From a virus (Duplodnaviria > Caudoviricetes): a DNA stretch of 53,190 bases. Location: positions 1-53,190 of IMG/VR virus record IMGVR_UViG_3300018083_000037; one strand, given 5' to 3'. Made by a program: the position numbers and the translations under genes. A model generated the notes under the pieces. It searched no databases, was not told the origin of the DNA, and worked only from the letters and a program-made list of their open reading frames with translations. Position 1 is the stretch's first letter; each line of letters starts with the position of its first letter. This document shows positions 28,888-38,428 of this stretch, in pieces.

Positions 28888-29454
28888 ATGGCAGATGTTG
28901 TCTGGAAAGATGTAATCGGGTTTGAAGGACTATATAAGGTAAGCAGCGATGGCAGGATATTGAGCCTTCAAAAAATTAGATATTGTAGTTCTGATGTAAA
29001 TCCAGTAATATACCCTGATCGGGTGCTATCCCCAGGCGTCGTTAAGGGCTATTTTTTGGTCAGCCTCTCTAAAGACACAATTATTTTTCAGCGAAAAGTT
29101 CATAGACTTGTAGCCGAAGCCTTCCTTCCTAAGCCGATTCATAAAGATCAGGTAAATCATATTAACGGAATAAAATGTGACAATAGGGTTGAGAATTTAG
29201 AATGGTGCACAGCACAGGAAAATGTAATCCATTCATATAAGACCGGCTTAAAGAAAGGAAGAAAGTTTGGCGCCCATCATTCAGCAAAAAGAGTTTTAGA
29301 TAAATCATTGGGCGTTCACTATGACACAGTAAAAGAAGCAGCCAGCGCCGAAGGGGTCGCATGGAGCACTCTTTCTTCCTTTATGAACAACCACCATAAA
29401 CCCATGTCAACCAAAATGAGGCAACGATTAAGCAAATTTATTTTTCAAACCTAA
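28888..29454 (+). CDS. NUMOD4-HNH homing endonuclease
   Basis: 'WKDVIGFEGLYKVSSDGRI', 'VHRLVAEAF', 'VNHING.K.DNRVENLEW'. Confidence 0.92.
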   Translation: MADVVWKDVIGFEGLYKVSSDGRILSLQKIRYCSSDVNPVIYPDRVLSPGVVKGYFLVSLSKDTIIFQRKVHRLVAEAFLPKPIHKDQVNHINGIKCDNRVENLEWCTAQENVIHSYKTGLKKGRKFGAHHSAKRVLDKSLGVHYDTVKEAASAEGVAWSTLSSFMNNHHKPMSTKMRQRLSKFIFQT

Positions 29455-30633
29455 TAGCCTTTCATGCTGTCGTTGTTTGTTCCTGATGTCGTACACTTTT
29501 GCAACCATGCTGGTTGTCGTATGAGCGCTTAATTCTGCAGCTGCTTGTTCATCGAGGGCATCAACAACTTCCGTCACGTTAAGATGTTTCAGGTTATAAA
29601 ATCCTACATCGATACCAAGATCCTGTTTCACGTAATATTGCCAGTAACGGCTTGTCATAGATTCACCCATTGGCTTCATCCCGGGCCTGAGTAGCGGACC
29701 GAAGATGAAATGATCATCAGGACAATTGTCCAAAAAATACTTCCAATATGGCAATGCGATGGTTTTGATTGTCCGCTCCACTTCCGTGTATTGCTTTCTC
29801 TTCTTTACAATGCATCTGTAAGTTTGCTTCTGCAGGTTGACCATCGATGGCTTCAGCTGTCGGAGCTCCGGCATCCGGCCACCGGAATGAAAGAACAGGT
29901 GCACGAAGTTTCGGAATGCCGGGAATACTGCAGCCAGATGCTCGTCAATCTTTTTTCGCTGATTATCAATCAATACTTTTTTCAATTTCTTGGTTACTGG
30001 TTTTTTTGAAATGTCCCGTAGCGGATTGGTCGGCACTGCTTCCAGTTCCACCAATTCTTTAAACAACATCATCAGGTAACCGCGGTACGTGTTATACCTG
30101 GTGTTGGTAAACTTGATTGAATTGATGGCGCATTGATCCAGGATGGTTTTTAAATGCCTCCTGGTAACGCTGTTAATCGATGTATTGTAAATGCCCAGCT
30201 GCCTGGCTGCCTTTTCCAACTTGGTGATCATGCTTTTCATATCAATTTTGGTGCGCTGAGTGATGGTTAATCTTGCTAGTGATTTCGTCAGCGCCTTAAT
30301 AAACGGCGTAGTAGGATCTATCTCCGATTGATCAGAAATGCCAGGCGGTATAAACGTTTTGGTGATCGGGTTATAACCATCTTCTTTAAGGAGGCGCAAT
30401 TCATTCTCCAGCAATTTTTCTGTTGCCTGCCGGCGCTCAGGCAATGTCCTGTAGACATTCATTCCCTTTACAAATACCAGCTTACCATACTTGTATTTAT
30501 CCATATGCTCAGGATCCTTAAAGTAGTATTGAATACGCCATGTTTTTGTGAGCAGAGAAGCACCGCCATTGCGCCAATTCTTGGGGGAAACTGATAGGTC
30601 GCTGCACCAGCAGCCGTGAGGAAGTTGTAGCAT
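29428..30633 (-). CDS. int: Tyrosine integrase
   Basis: 401 aa; 'SGGRMPEL' (R), 'YNLKH', 'SAHTT...VY' catalytic-type motifs; adjacent to att core. Confidence 0.9.
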   Translation of the reverse strand: MLQLPHGCWCSDLSVSPKNWRNGGASLLTKTWRIQYYFKDPEHMDKYKYGKLVFVKGMNVYRTLPERRQATEKLLENELRLLKEDGYNPITKTFIPPGISDQSEIDPTTPFIKALTKSLARLTITQRTKIDMKSMITKLEKAARQLGIYNTSINSVTRRHLKTILDQCAINSIKFTNTRYNTYRGYLMMLFKELVELEAVPTNPLRDISKKPVTKKLKKVLIDNQRKKIDEHLAAVFPAFRNFVHLFFHSGGRMPELRQLKPSMVNLQKQTYRCIVKKRKQYTEVERTIKTIALPYWKYFLDNCPDDHFIFGPLLRPGMKPMGESMTSRYWQYYVKQDLGIDVGFYNLKHLNVTEVVDALDEQAAAELSAHTTTSMVAKVYDIRNKQRQHERLLGLKNKFA

Positions 30634-30636
30634 TTC

Positions 30637-30658
30637 TATTACCGTTTATATTACCGTT
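30637..30658. promoter_or_regulatory. Putative integrase arm-type sites (left pair)
   Basis: TATTACCGTT direct repeat at 30637 and 30649 (12-nt period). Confidence 0.6.
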
Positions 30659-30696
30659 AAGTAAATACTACAAAGCAAAAGTTCCGAATCGAAATC

Positions 30697-30729
30697 AGCC
30701 GAAAACCGCTGTGATAGTGGCTTTCAGCT
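30697..30729 (-). terminator. Hairpin 3' of the tRNA fragment
   Basis: Minus strand AGCTGAAAGCCACT-atcac-AGCGGTTTTCGGCT. Confidence 0.5.
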
Positions 30730-30730
30730 T

Positions 30731-30784
30731 TGTGCCCAGAACAGGAATCGAACCTGCACATCCTTGCGGACACCAGATTTTGAG
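30731..30784 (-). other. attP: attP core: 3' half of tRNA-Leu(CAA)
   Basis: Minus strand CTCAAAA-TCTGG-TGTCCGCAAGGATG-TGCAGGTTCGATTCCTGT-TCTGGGCA: anticodon loop, long variable arm, T arm, 3' acceptor strand; no 5' half. Confidence 0.88.
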
Positions 30785-30876
30785 AATGAGGCTGGACGTT
30801 TTCAATTTGTAAACCTTTTGATCTATAGCTAGTTAGTTTTTTTAATATCATCGTATTACGCACCAGATTCTCATGA

Positions 30877-30896
30877 CTATTACCGGCACTATTACC
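30877..30896. promoter_or_regulatory. Putative integrase arm-type sites (right pair)
   Basis: CTATTACC at 30877 and 30889 (12-nt period), same motif as left pair. Confidence 0.6.
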
Positions 30897-30901
30897 TCCA
30901 G

Positions 30902-31216
30902 CTATCTCCTCGACTTCAGCTCCAGATCCACGGCCCGTACAGCTTCTCTCAATTGTTCCATCGGCTTTCTTTCAGGCTTTCGCAACCTGGTGTTGGCGAA
31001 TCCGAATATATAATCAGCACTTGCACCGGTGAGCTGGCATGCATTCCAAATATGCTCTTTTGTAAAACCTTGCTGGCCTTTACGCGTGTTGCTGATGTTG
31101 GTCCTGGTAAATCCGATCTTCTCCAGGTAATCAGCCTGATTGACTGCAATGCCATCAGCAATTGCCCACTCCATCAGCTGCAGCATGCGTTCGTCAGATA
31201 TAAATAGTTTTGGCAT
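30902..31216 (-). CDS. XRE-type HTH protein
   Basis: 'QADYLEKIGFTRTNISNTRKG...GASADYIFG'. Confidence 0.7.
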   Translation of the reverse strand: MPKLFISDERMLQLMEWAIADGIAVNQADYLEKIGFTRTNISNTRKGQQGFTKEHIWNACQLTGASADYIFGFANTRLRKPERKPMEQLREAVRAVDLELKSRR

Positions 31217-31218
31217 CG

Positions 31219-31677
31219 TTAATATATTTCTGCTGGCTTTTCTTTTGGCTGTTTTATAAATGGTACTATTGTGTCAATTGCAGCAATCTTAACTTTAAAA
31301 TATTTTACAGTTTCTTCGGTTAGCCGTTCTGCTTCCTCCTTATCATAGGTAACAACACGCCCATCCTTACTATCGACCATGAAATAAAATGGTACTGGAG
31401 ATGGGTCAACAACATCGTAACCTTCATATCTTTTGTTATTTTCCAAAGCAACGATTTTGTGAATCCAATAAGTTTGACAAGCTTCTTTAAATGCACTCGT
31501 ATCGTTTGGGGCTTTGAAAACCTTCTTTTTCTCAGAATCAAATTTTGACACCGGGTGTTTACTTATTATCGTGACACTATATTCTTTTTCCCGGGGCGTA
31601 CAGCTGACAATAATTCCCACTGACAACCCTATGGCAGTCAGAAAAATCAGCCTGTGGGCGGTTGTTTTTGCGATCAT
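31219..31677 (-). CDS. Lipoprotein in immunity operon (possible superinfection exclusion)
   Basis: Lipobox IVS|C; located downstream of the repressor. Confidence 0.55.
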   Translation of the reverse strand: MIAKTTAHRLIFLTAIGLSVGIIVSCTPREKEYSVTIISKHPVSKFDSEKKKVFKAPNDTSAFKEACQTYWIHKIVALENNKRYEGYDVVDPSPVPFYFMVDSKDGRVVTYDKEEAERLTEETVKYFKVKIAAIDTIVPFIKQPKEKPAEIY

Positions 31678-31828
31678 TTCAGTATCAAATGGTTAAAAAT
31701 GTTAACAAATTTTATCGTGTATACCCTTCGTAAGTATGCTATAAAACATATAGTATTGTTACACCATTACAAGCTGTAAAAACACGAACTAAATATGAGC
31801 ACTACGAACCAAAACACCCCGAACTGCG

Positions 31829-32431
31829 CTACCTGCCCAAACCAGAAACGCTGCCCTTTTTTCTCGCCTTTTTCAAACTCGAATGAATTTTTAATTTGCC
31901 CTCGGTTTCTATCGGTAAAGGATCGTCCTGCTGGAAAGCATGGCGCTGCTTTTTATCTTTCGCCTGAGAAAGCGAAGAAGCTTTCAAGATTTCAGTTAAA
32001 CTAACCAAAGCCTTGTTTACAAGGTTCTCATTATTAATTGTCAGCCTTTCTCCCTGACGGGCCAGCGTCTCGGCGTGATCAACCAATTTTTTATTAGTCT
32101 GCTCTAAACTGGCAATTATTGCCAGGGGATCTGTTTTGGTTCTAATCAGGTATTCCACTGGTGGCTCCTCGAAAAGCTTTTCTAATGACCTTTTTTCATG
32201 TGAAACAGAAATTTCTGTATTACCGTTGAGCCCAAAGTGTTTCTTAAATTTCTCCCAACCTTCAGGTTGAATGTTTTGTCGCCTGCCTAAGATTTCTGTT
32301 ATAGTCGACTTACCTACTCCTATAATCCCAGCCAAATCGACGTTTGAAGGCAATAGTTTATCCTGGTCTAGCCTCTTATATGCTGCTATAAAATCCTCCG
32401 TTCTTGGTTCAATTTTCCTCGCTTTTGCCAA
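31829..32431 (-). CDS. CI-like repressor
   Basis: HTH 'NVDLAGIIGVGKSTITEILGRRQ'; divergent from Cro-like gene; probable TTG start at 32431. Confidence 0.7.
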   Translation of the reverse strand: MAKARKIEPRTEDFIAAYKRLDQDKLLPSNVDLAGIIGVGKSTITEILGRRQNIQPEGWEKFKKHFGLNGNTEISVSHEKRSLEKLFEEPPVEYLIRTKTDPLAIIASLEQTNKKLVDHAETLARQGERLTINNENLVNKALVSLTEILKASSLSQAKDKKQRHAFQQDDPLPIETEGKLKIHSSLKKARKKGSVSGLGR

Positions 32432-32476
32432 CGGGTAAATTTTTTTTTGTAAAAAAATCCAGAAAAATTTGGATCG

Positions 32477-32514
32477 TACAAATATTTCTGTATATTCGTA
32501 CGGAAATTGCAGTA
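32477..32514. promoter_or_regulatory. Two operator-like quasi-palindromes
   Basis: TACAAATATTTCTGTA (14/16) and TACGGAAATTGCAGTA (13/16) vs palindrome TACAGAAATTTCTGTA. Confidence 0.6.
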
Positions 32515-32534
32515 TTGCAAATAAAACTACAAAC

Positions 32535-32756
32535 ATGCAACTATCAAATATAACAATTCTGGCTTTACGAGGGTGCGACATCGAAGTCAAGCAGAAGATA
32601 GCGGATGCAGCCGGGGTTTCCATTGACACCGTATACCGGTGGATCAAAGGAAACGACGATAATTTAACTAAGGCCGCTGTATTAAAGGTTATTCGTGAGG
32701 AGCTGGGATTATCTGATTCTCAGATACTGGAGGAGACGGAGGTTAAGGCTGATTAA
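32535..32756 (+). CDS. Cro-like HTH protein
   Basis: 'KQKIADAAGVSIDTVYRWIK'. Confidence 0.8.
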   Translation: MQLSNITILALRGCDIEVKQKIADAAGVSIDTVYRWIKGNDDNLTKAAVLKVIREELGLSDSQILEETEVKAD

Positions 32757-32813
32757 ATATAATCATCCTTTAGCCAATATATATTTAAAATAATACTAAG
32801 GTAATTATAATAA

Positions 32814-33032
32814 TTGCACGAAGTGACGACGGAACAAAAAATTAGGAAGGCCCTGGCAGACATCGAGATGGCACAGACCCATAACCAGCAGGCCGCAAAT
32901 CTTTACTACAAAGCAAAAGAACGGTTGGAGAGTGTCTACTCACCAACCGGCCCCAAAAGGGTTAAGGCCTTAAACAATGGCCAGGTGTCGCACCTGGTGA
33001 CCAGAAGAATGAACAGTATCAGAAAACGATAA
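32814..33032 (+). CDS. Hypothetical protein
   Basis: ORF in early operon. Confidence 0.45.
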   Translation: MHEVTTEQKIRKALADIEMAQTHNQQAANLYYKAKERLESVYSPTGPKRVKALNNGQVSHLVTRRMNSIRKR

Positions 33033-33202
33033 AAGCAAAACTGTATGGCAACACAATTTCCTAATAGTATCCCGGCAATACCGATGGTGAGGATCCTGCG
33101 GCAATATGCCACCGCACACAGGCTGCCATTTGATATGCGACGCTGGGAAGACATAGTAAGATGCTATCATCATTACAGTGAACACGCCAAAAGATTAAAC
33201 TG

Positions 33203-33421
33203 ATGCAAGCCTTATCCGAAGCTGAAAAGAGAACCCTGGACGAGTTAAAGACTGTAAAGCTGGAAAGCATTTGGGGAATAGTAATCAGTAATGTAGTAAA
33301 AGATATTGATCCTTATAAATTCCGGTACCTGATATGTGAACTGAAAAGCCAGGCTGCTGATGCTCCTGACTGTATGAAACAGATCCTTGGTCCCGCCTAT
33401 GAAAGCGTAATAAATCTTTGA
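33203..33421 (+). CDS. Hypothetical protein
   Basis: ORF in early operon. Confidence 0.5.
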   Translation: MQALSEAEKRTLDELKTVKLESIWGIVISNVVKDIDPYKFRYLICELKSQAADAPDCMKQILGPAYESVINL

Positions 33422-33455
33422 ATAACCTTTTTTAAAGCCCCTATGAAGATGAAAT

Positions 33456-33710
33456 ATGAAAAAGCTTTATACTATCGTAATGGCGGTTTTTATGCTGCTG
33501 ATCGCCATTATCCTTTTGACAAGCTGTGCAAGTCCTTATAAATGCTATCCAAGCAAGAAATCAAAGGACTATGCAACAAGAGTGTGGATGAATCAAAGAA
33601 GTGACGGTTATTGGAAGGTGTACGTAACCAGGGGAATGATGCCTACTAAAATGTTTTTGTACGAGTGCAGGCCAGATACCATTAACGTCGATAGTTTATT
33701 TAAAGGTTGA
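33456..33710 (+). CDS. Small lipoprotein
   Basis: Lipobox LTS|C. Confidence 0.55.
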   Translation: MKKLYTIVMAVFMLLIAIILLTSCASPYKCYPSKKSKDYATRVWMNQRSDGYWKVYVTRGMMPTKMFLYECRPDTINVDSLFKG

Positions 33711-33968
33711 TCATCCTGAAAAGCCAGAATAACAATATTCTTTGAACGGCTTTACTGAACAAAAGGTTTTGGTTAATGGTCGCTTCAATCCGCCAGTTGG
33801 CGGATCAAGCAGGGCGGTGATGATAGGATGGTACCTCAAAGCCGCCCTTTTTTAGAAAGTTATTTGAGCAAAATAATTAAAGAGCCTCTTTGGTGGAAGA
33901 GGATGTTGGTTAAAACGGGTCGGCTTGGTTCGGGCCGGCCCATATTTAAAACAATCAAACTGAATAGT

Positions 33969-34256
33969 ATGAAAGCAATTGTAACGATCGTCTTTTTTGA
34001 AGTGATGGGAAAGAAAAGATATGTATCTGATCTGACAGTAAGAACGGACAATTCCATCCTTCCAATTTATAATACTGATAAAGACGAGGCGCACCATTTC
34101 TTCAATATAGAAGCTGCAGCAACTGCTATCGGGAAATTCCACAACGTGCATAACCGGGAATTCAAAACAGAACCATATCAAGTAAGGCTATCAACGAAGA
34201 ATCCATTTTCAGCCAGGTCAGCTGGTGTCAAAGGTGCCTTAGTAGATTTAAAATAA
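33969..34256 (+). CDS. Hypothetical protein
   Basis: Probable start MKAIVT after AT-rich leader. Confidence 0.5.
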   Translation: MKAIVTIVFFEVMGKKRYVSDLTVRTDNSILPIYNTDKDEAHHFFNIEAAATAIGKFHNVHNREFKTEPYQVRLSTKNPFSARSAGVKGALVDLK

Positions 34257-34312
34257 AACAGCCCCGCTGCGAGCGGGGCCATTAATAATCTTAAAAAACA
34301 CAACACAAAGGT

Positions 34313-36322
34313 ATGACAACTGAACTAATCAAACTTACCCTCACCAATTTTAAAGGGATCCGGCACTTCAGCTCGGAGTTTGCACATGTTGCAAATATCT
34401 GCGGCGACAATGCTACGGGTAAGACAACACTGAAGGATGCTTTCCTGTGGCTGTTCTTTGGTAAAGACAGCACAGATCGCAAAGATTTTGAGATCAAAAC
34501 CCTGGACGCTAACAATCAACCTTATCATAAACTGGATCACGAAGTGGAAGCATTGATCCGGGTGGATGATAATCTGCTCATCATCCGTAGGACCATGCGA
34601 GAGAAGTGGGTGAAGAAACGTGGCGAACAGGATGCTATTTTCTCTGGCCATGAGACCGCCTTCTTCTGGAACGATGTACCGATGAAGGAAGGAGAGTACC
34701 AGGCAAAGGTGGCCAGCGTGTTCAATGAAAACATCTTCAAGCTGATCACCAACACCGACTATTTCAATTCACTGAAGTGGCAGGACCGTCGCGGCGTGTT
34801 GATGCAAATGGCCGGCACCATTTCAAATGATGATGTTTTTAATACCATTCTTACTGCAGCCAACAAGGGAAATTTCACCGCGCTGATCAATGCACTCAAC
34901 CAAAAGAAAACGGTTGATGATTTCAAAAAGGAAATCGTTGCCAAAAAGAAAAAGATCAAAGATGAGCTGGAGCAGCTGCCGGCACGTATCGATGAAGCAA
35001 ACCGGTCCCTTCCGGAACAGATTGATTATTCTGTTATCGAGCAGTCAATACAAGCCACCAACGAAGTCCTGGAGAATGTGGAAGATCTTATTTCAAATAA
35101 GACCAAGGCTCAGAAGGAACGCCAGGAGGCTATCCTGACAAAAATCCGGGAGGTAGGAAAGTTACAGCAGCAAGCTCAGCAGATTGAATTCAGCGAACAG
35201 CAAAAGGCGAAGGAGCACAAGATCGAAAGAGAGAAAGCGATCCTTACTAAAAAATCAGAGCTACGTGCTAAGAATGATGAACGGTCGCGCTTGCTAGTTG
35301 ACTATAGCACCGAAGAAAAGCGGAAGGCCGGATTGCAGCTAATAAAAGATGAGCTGGCTAAGAAGTGGCAAGCGATCAATGCGGAGCAATTGGTGTTTAA
35401 CGAAAACGATTTCCATTGCCCGGCCTGTAAGAGAGCTTATGAAACCACCGACATCGATGCGAAAAAGGATGAGCTCACCAATAACTTCAATACTGATAAA
35501 ACACGCCGGCTTACTGATGTAACGGAACGCGGGATGAAACAAGCCGATGATATCAGGATCATTGACGCCAACATGGGCACCATTCAAAACAAAGGCGTTG
35601 TTTTAAAATCAGAAATAGATCTGTTGCAAAATAATATCGCCATCCTGGAACAGGAACACAGCCGGATGTCACAGAATGAAGAAGTGGAAGTGAAAGAGGC
35701 GATCGCTACTAATACAGAGTATTTGGCGCTGCAGGAAACGATCACGCTTCGCAATGAAGAGATCAATGCCAAACAGCCGGAAGATAACAACGCCGAGTTG
35801 ATTACTCGTAAAAAAGAGCTTCAATTAAAAATTGATGAACTGAAAAGTCAGTTGGCCGGCAAAGCGCAGCGGGAAAAGACACTGGCGCGTATCACCGAAT
35901 TAAAAGAACAGGAATCTAAGATGGCACAGGAGCTGGCCACCCTGGAAGGTGTTGAATTCAGCATCGAGCAATTCGTGAAAGCTAAAATGGATGAGCTGGA
36001 AAACCGGATCAATGGCCGATTTAAGATCGTTCGCTTCAAAATGTTTGAAGAACAAATCAACGGTGGGAGGATAGAAGCCTGCACCACCCTGATCAACGGT
36101 GTGCCATATAGTGATGCCAACACTGCCGCCAGGATCCAGGCTGGCCTTGATATCATCAACACGCTTTCGGATCATTATGAAACCTACGGTCCGGTATGGG
36201 TGGATAACCGCGAGAGTGTGATCAGGCTTCCAGAAACAAAATCCCAGCTGATCAATCTTATCGTATCGGAAAAATATAAGAAGCTGACTGTACTGCCCAG
36301 TGAAGAAATGGCAATGGCTTAA
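34313..36322 (+). CDS. SMC/Rad50-like AAA ATPase
   Basis: 'LTNFKGI', Walker A GDNATGKT, long coiled coil, CPAC hook, 'WVDNRES'. Confidence 0.88.
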   Translation: MTTELIKLTLTNFKGIRHFSSEFAHVANICGDNATGKTTLKDAFLWLFFGKDSTDRKDFEIKTLDANNQPYHKLDHEVEALIRVDDNLLIIRRTMREKWVKKRGEQDAIFSGHETAFFWNDVPMKEGEYQAKVASVFNENIFKLITNTDYFNSLKWQDRRGVLMQMAGTISNDDVFNTILTAANKGNFTALINALNQKKTVDDFKKEIVAKKKKIKDELEQLPARIDEANRSLPEQIDYSVIEQSIQATNEVLENVEDLISNKTKAQKERQEAILTKIREVGKLQQQAQQIEFSEQQKAKEHKIEREKAILTKKSELRAKNDERSRLLVDYSTEEKRKAGLQLIKDELAKKWQAINAEQLVFNENDFHCPACKRAYETTDIDAKKDELTNNFNTDKTRRLTDVTERGMKQADDIRIIDANMGTIQNKGVVLKSEIDLLQNNIAILEQEHSRMSQNEEVEVKEAIATNTEYLALQETITLRNEEINAKQPEDNNAELITRKKELQLKIDELKSQLAGKAQREKTLARITELKEQESKMAQELATLEGVEFSIEQFVKAKMDELENRINGRFKIVRFKMFEEQINGGRIEACTTLINGVPYSDANTAARIQAGLDIINTLSDHYETYGPVWVDNRESVIRLPETKSQLINLIVSEKYKKLTVLPSEEMAMA

Positions 36323-36355
36323 ACATTATTTATTAAAATATTCAACTAAAATAAA

Positions 36356-37213
36356 ATGACTACTCAAACTCATAATAACGGCGCCGCGACTAACCTTCCT
36401 GCAGAAAGGAAGCAGACAAAATCTGAGCTGATGCTTTCCTTCTTTGAAAAGGATACTGTAAGAACACAGCTAAAAAACGCTATGCAGGATAATGCCGATT
36501 CATTTATCGCTTCGGTAATTGATTTATACACAGGCGATGACACGCTTCAAAATTGCCACCCGGAACTAGTAGGAATGCAGGCGCTAAAAGCAGCCGTGCT
36601 GAAATTGCCAATCATAAAGGCGCTTGGCTTTGCCTATATCGTGCCCTTTAAGAAAGACGGCAAACAGATCCCACAATTCATGATCGGCTACAAAGGGCTA
36701 ATTCAGCTGGCCATCCGGACCAATCAATACAGGATCATTAATGCCGATGTGGTCTATGATGGTGAATACAGGTCTGCCAATAAGCTTACCGGTGAATTTG
36801 ATCTTACCGGCCAGAAAAAGAGCGATGCTATCATCGGCTACTTTGCTCACTTCGAAACCAAAGAAGGCTTTTCGAAAACACTCTTCATGACAAAGGAAAG
36901 GGTAACGGCCCACGCTCAGAAGTATAGCAAATCATTCAACCAGAACTATTCTCCGTGGAAGACAGAATTCGATGCGATGGCCATTAAAACCGTTCTACGT
37001 GGATTAATCAGCCATTGGGGTATCATGTCAACAGAAATGCAAACAGCTATCACCGATGATGACCGGGACGTCGCTGAAAGAACTCTCCAGGAAATAAAGA
37101 CCAATGCCAACAAAAAGGATATGTCGTTTGATGCTGTAGATGAAGCTGACCAGGTGAATGAAGATCAAAATCAAAACACAAACAACGGGCAACACGCAAC
37201 AGCTCCCTTCTAA
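36356..37213 (+). CDS. recT: RecT-family recombinase
   Basis: 'LGFAYIVPF', 'QFMIGYKGLIQLAIRT', 'W..EFDAMAIKTV'. Confidence 0.92.
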   Translation: MTTQTHNNGAATNLPAERKQTKSELMLSFFEKDTVRTQLKNAMQDNADSFIASVIDLYTGDDTLQNCHPELVGMQALKAAVLKLPIIKALGFAYIVPFKKDGKQIPQFMIGYKGLIQLAIRTNQYRIINADVVYDGEYRSANKLTGEFDLTGQKKSDAIIGYFAHFETKEGFSKTLFMTKERVTAHAQKYSKSFNQNYSPWKTEFDAMAIKTVLRGLISHWGIMSTEMQTAITDDDRDVAERTLQEIKTNANKKDMSFDAVDEADQVNEDQNQNTNNGQHATAPF

Positions 37214-37954
37214 ATGCAACTAACCATCATCAATAGCAATTCTTCTGGCAATGCTTACGTGCTGCATAATGAGTACGAAGCTTTGCTGATTGAGTGTGGT
37301 GTACGATTTGACCAGATCAAACAGGCACTCAACTACAACCTGAAGAAGGTGGTTGGGTGCCTTATCACACACGAGCATAAAGACCATTGTAAAGCCGTGA
37401 CGGATGTGATGGCCGCCGGCATCAATGTGTTTTCCACGTTCGGTTCGCTCAATGCTATGGGTGTTTCGATCAGTCACCGGGCCAATGCGATCACACCAGG
37501 TCAGTCTTTTCTTATTGGAGAATTCAAGATCCTTCCTTTCTCGGTGAAGCACGACTGTGCGGATCCCGTCGGCTTCCTGATCAATCATAAAGAAACAGGC
37601 AATGTACTATTCCTGACGGACAGCTACTACTGTGAGTACACATTCAAGGGACTGAACAATATTATCATTGAAGCTAACTATTGCCAAAGCATTCTGGATA
37701 AACGCCTCGAGGATGGCACAAACCCATTGTTCCTTCGGGACCGGGTGATCACCAGCCATATGAGCCTGGCGACATGCAAGGAGACGCTAAAAGCAAACAA
37801 CCTGGCAGAAGTCAACAATGTGGTGCTGATTCATCTGAGCGATGGTAACAGCGACGCGAAGCGGTTCAAACGTGAAGTTCAGGAAGCCACCGGGAAAACC
37901 GTGCATGTAGCTGAACCTGGATTAACAATTGAATTCAATAAACAACCTTTTTAA
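37214..37954 (+). CDS. MBL-fold metallohydrolase (exonuclease-like)
   Basis: 'SSGNAY', 'THEHKDH', 'HD', 'IEANY', 'HLS'. Confidence 0.9.
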   Translation: MQLTIINSNSSGNAYVLHNEYEALLIECGVRFDQIKQALNYNLKKVVGCLITHEHKDHCKAVTDVMAAGINVFSTFGSLNAMGVSISHRANAITPGQSFLIGEFKILPFSVKHDCADPVGFLINHKETGNVLFLTDSYYCEYTFKGLNNIIIEANYCQSILDKRLEDGTNPLFLRDRVITSHMSLATCKETLKANNLAEVNNVVLIHLSDGNSDAKRFKREVQEATGKTVHVAEPGLTIEFNKQPF

Positions 37955-37963
37955 AAACTAACA

Positions 37964-38428
37964 ATGGAAAATCTTCAAGTAACCAAAAGCAACGCCTTAA
38001 CGGCTTATAATAATGGCGATGTAACTATAAAGAAAGCGCTCAGTGATCTTTTTGGAAAAGAAGTCTTTACACCAAAAAACATTATGGAGCAGGTTAAAAC
38101 AGCCGATGATGCCTTTGCTATCAAAGGTATCTCGATCGGTAGCATCGTGAATGATAATGACACGACCGACGAAATAGCCTACAAGATTTTAAAAGTAATT
38201 GTTGAAGTATTAAATGAAGGCTGGGTTCCTGACTGGAAAAACTCCAACCAGTACAAATACTATCCATGGTTTGACTTGTCTTCGGGTTCCGGCCTGTCGT
38301 TCGGCGACGTTGACCCGTACTCGATTTCGACTGTCGGCTCTCGCCTTTGCTTTAAAAGTAGTGAGCTCGCCGTATATGCCGGGAAGCAATTCATAAAAGA
38401 GTACACTGATTTTTTCATCATAAAATAA
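37964..38428 (+). CDS. DGR target protein 1
   Basis: Contains VR1; 'KYYPWFDL...VGSRLCFK'. Confidence 0.9.
   Translation: MENLQVTKSNALTAYNNGDVTIKKALSDLFGKEVFTPKNIMEQVKTADDAFAIKGISIGSIVNDNDTTDEIAYKILKVIVEVLNEGWVPDWKNSNQYKYYPWFDLSSGSGLSFGDVDPYSISTVGSRLCFKSSELAVYAGKQFIKEYTDFFIIK
38279..38350 (+). repeat. DGR variable repeat VR1
   Basis: Versus TR: 14 substitutions, all at TR adenines, plus one in-frame 3-nt gap. Confidence 0.93.

Noticed and set aside
30731-30784. Functional tRNA-Leu gene
   Set aside because: The 5' acceptor strand and D arm are absent; similarity stops at the anticodon loop, typical of attP
30657-30863. 68-aa ORF as excisionase
   Set aside because: Runs through the attP core and tRNA-derived sequence with no HTH signature
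31829-32647. 272-aa long form of the repressor and the 31795-32004 plus ORF
   Set aside because: The extension overlaps cro and the operators and translates poly-A/T DNA; the plus ORF is antisense to the cI C-terminus with no support
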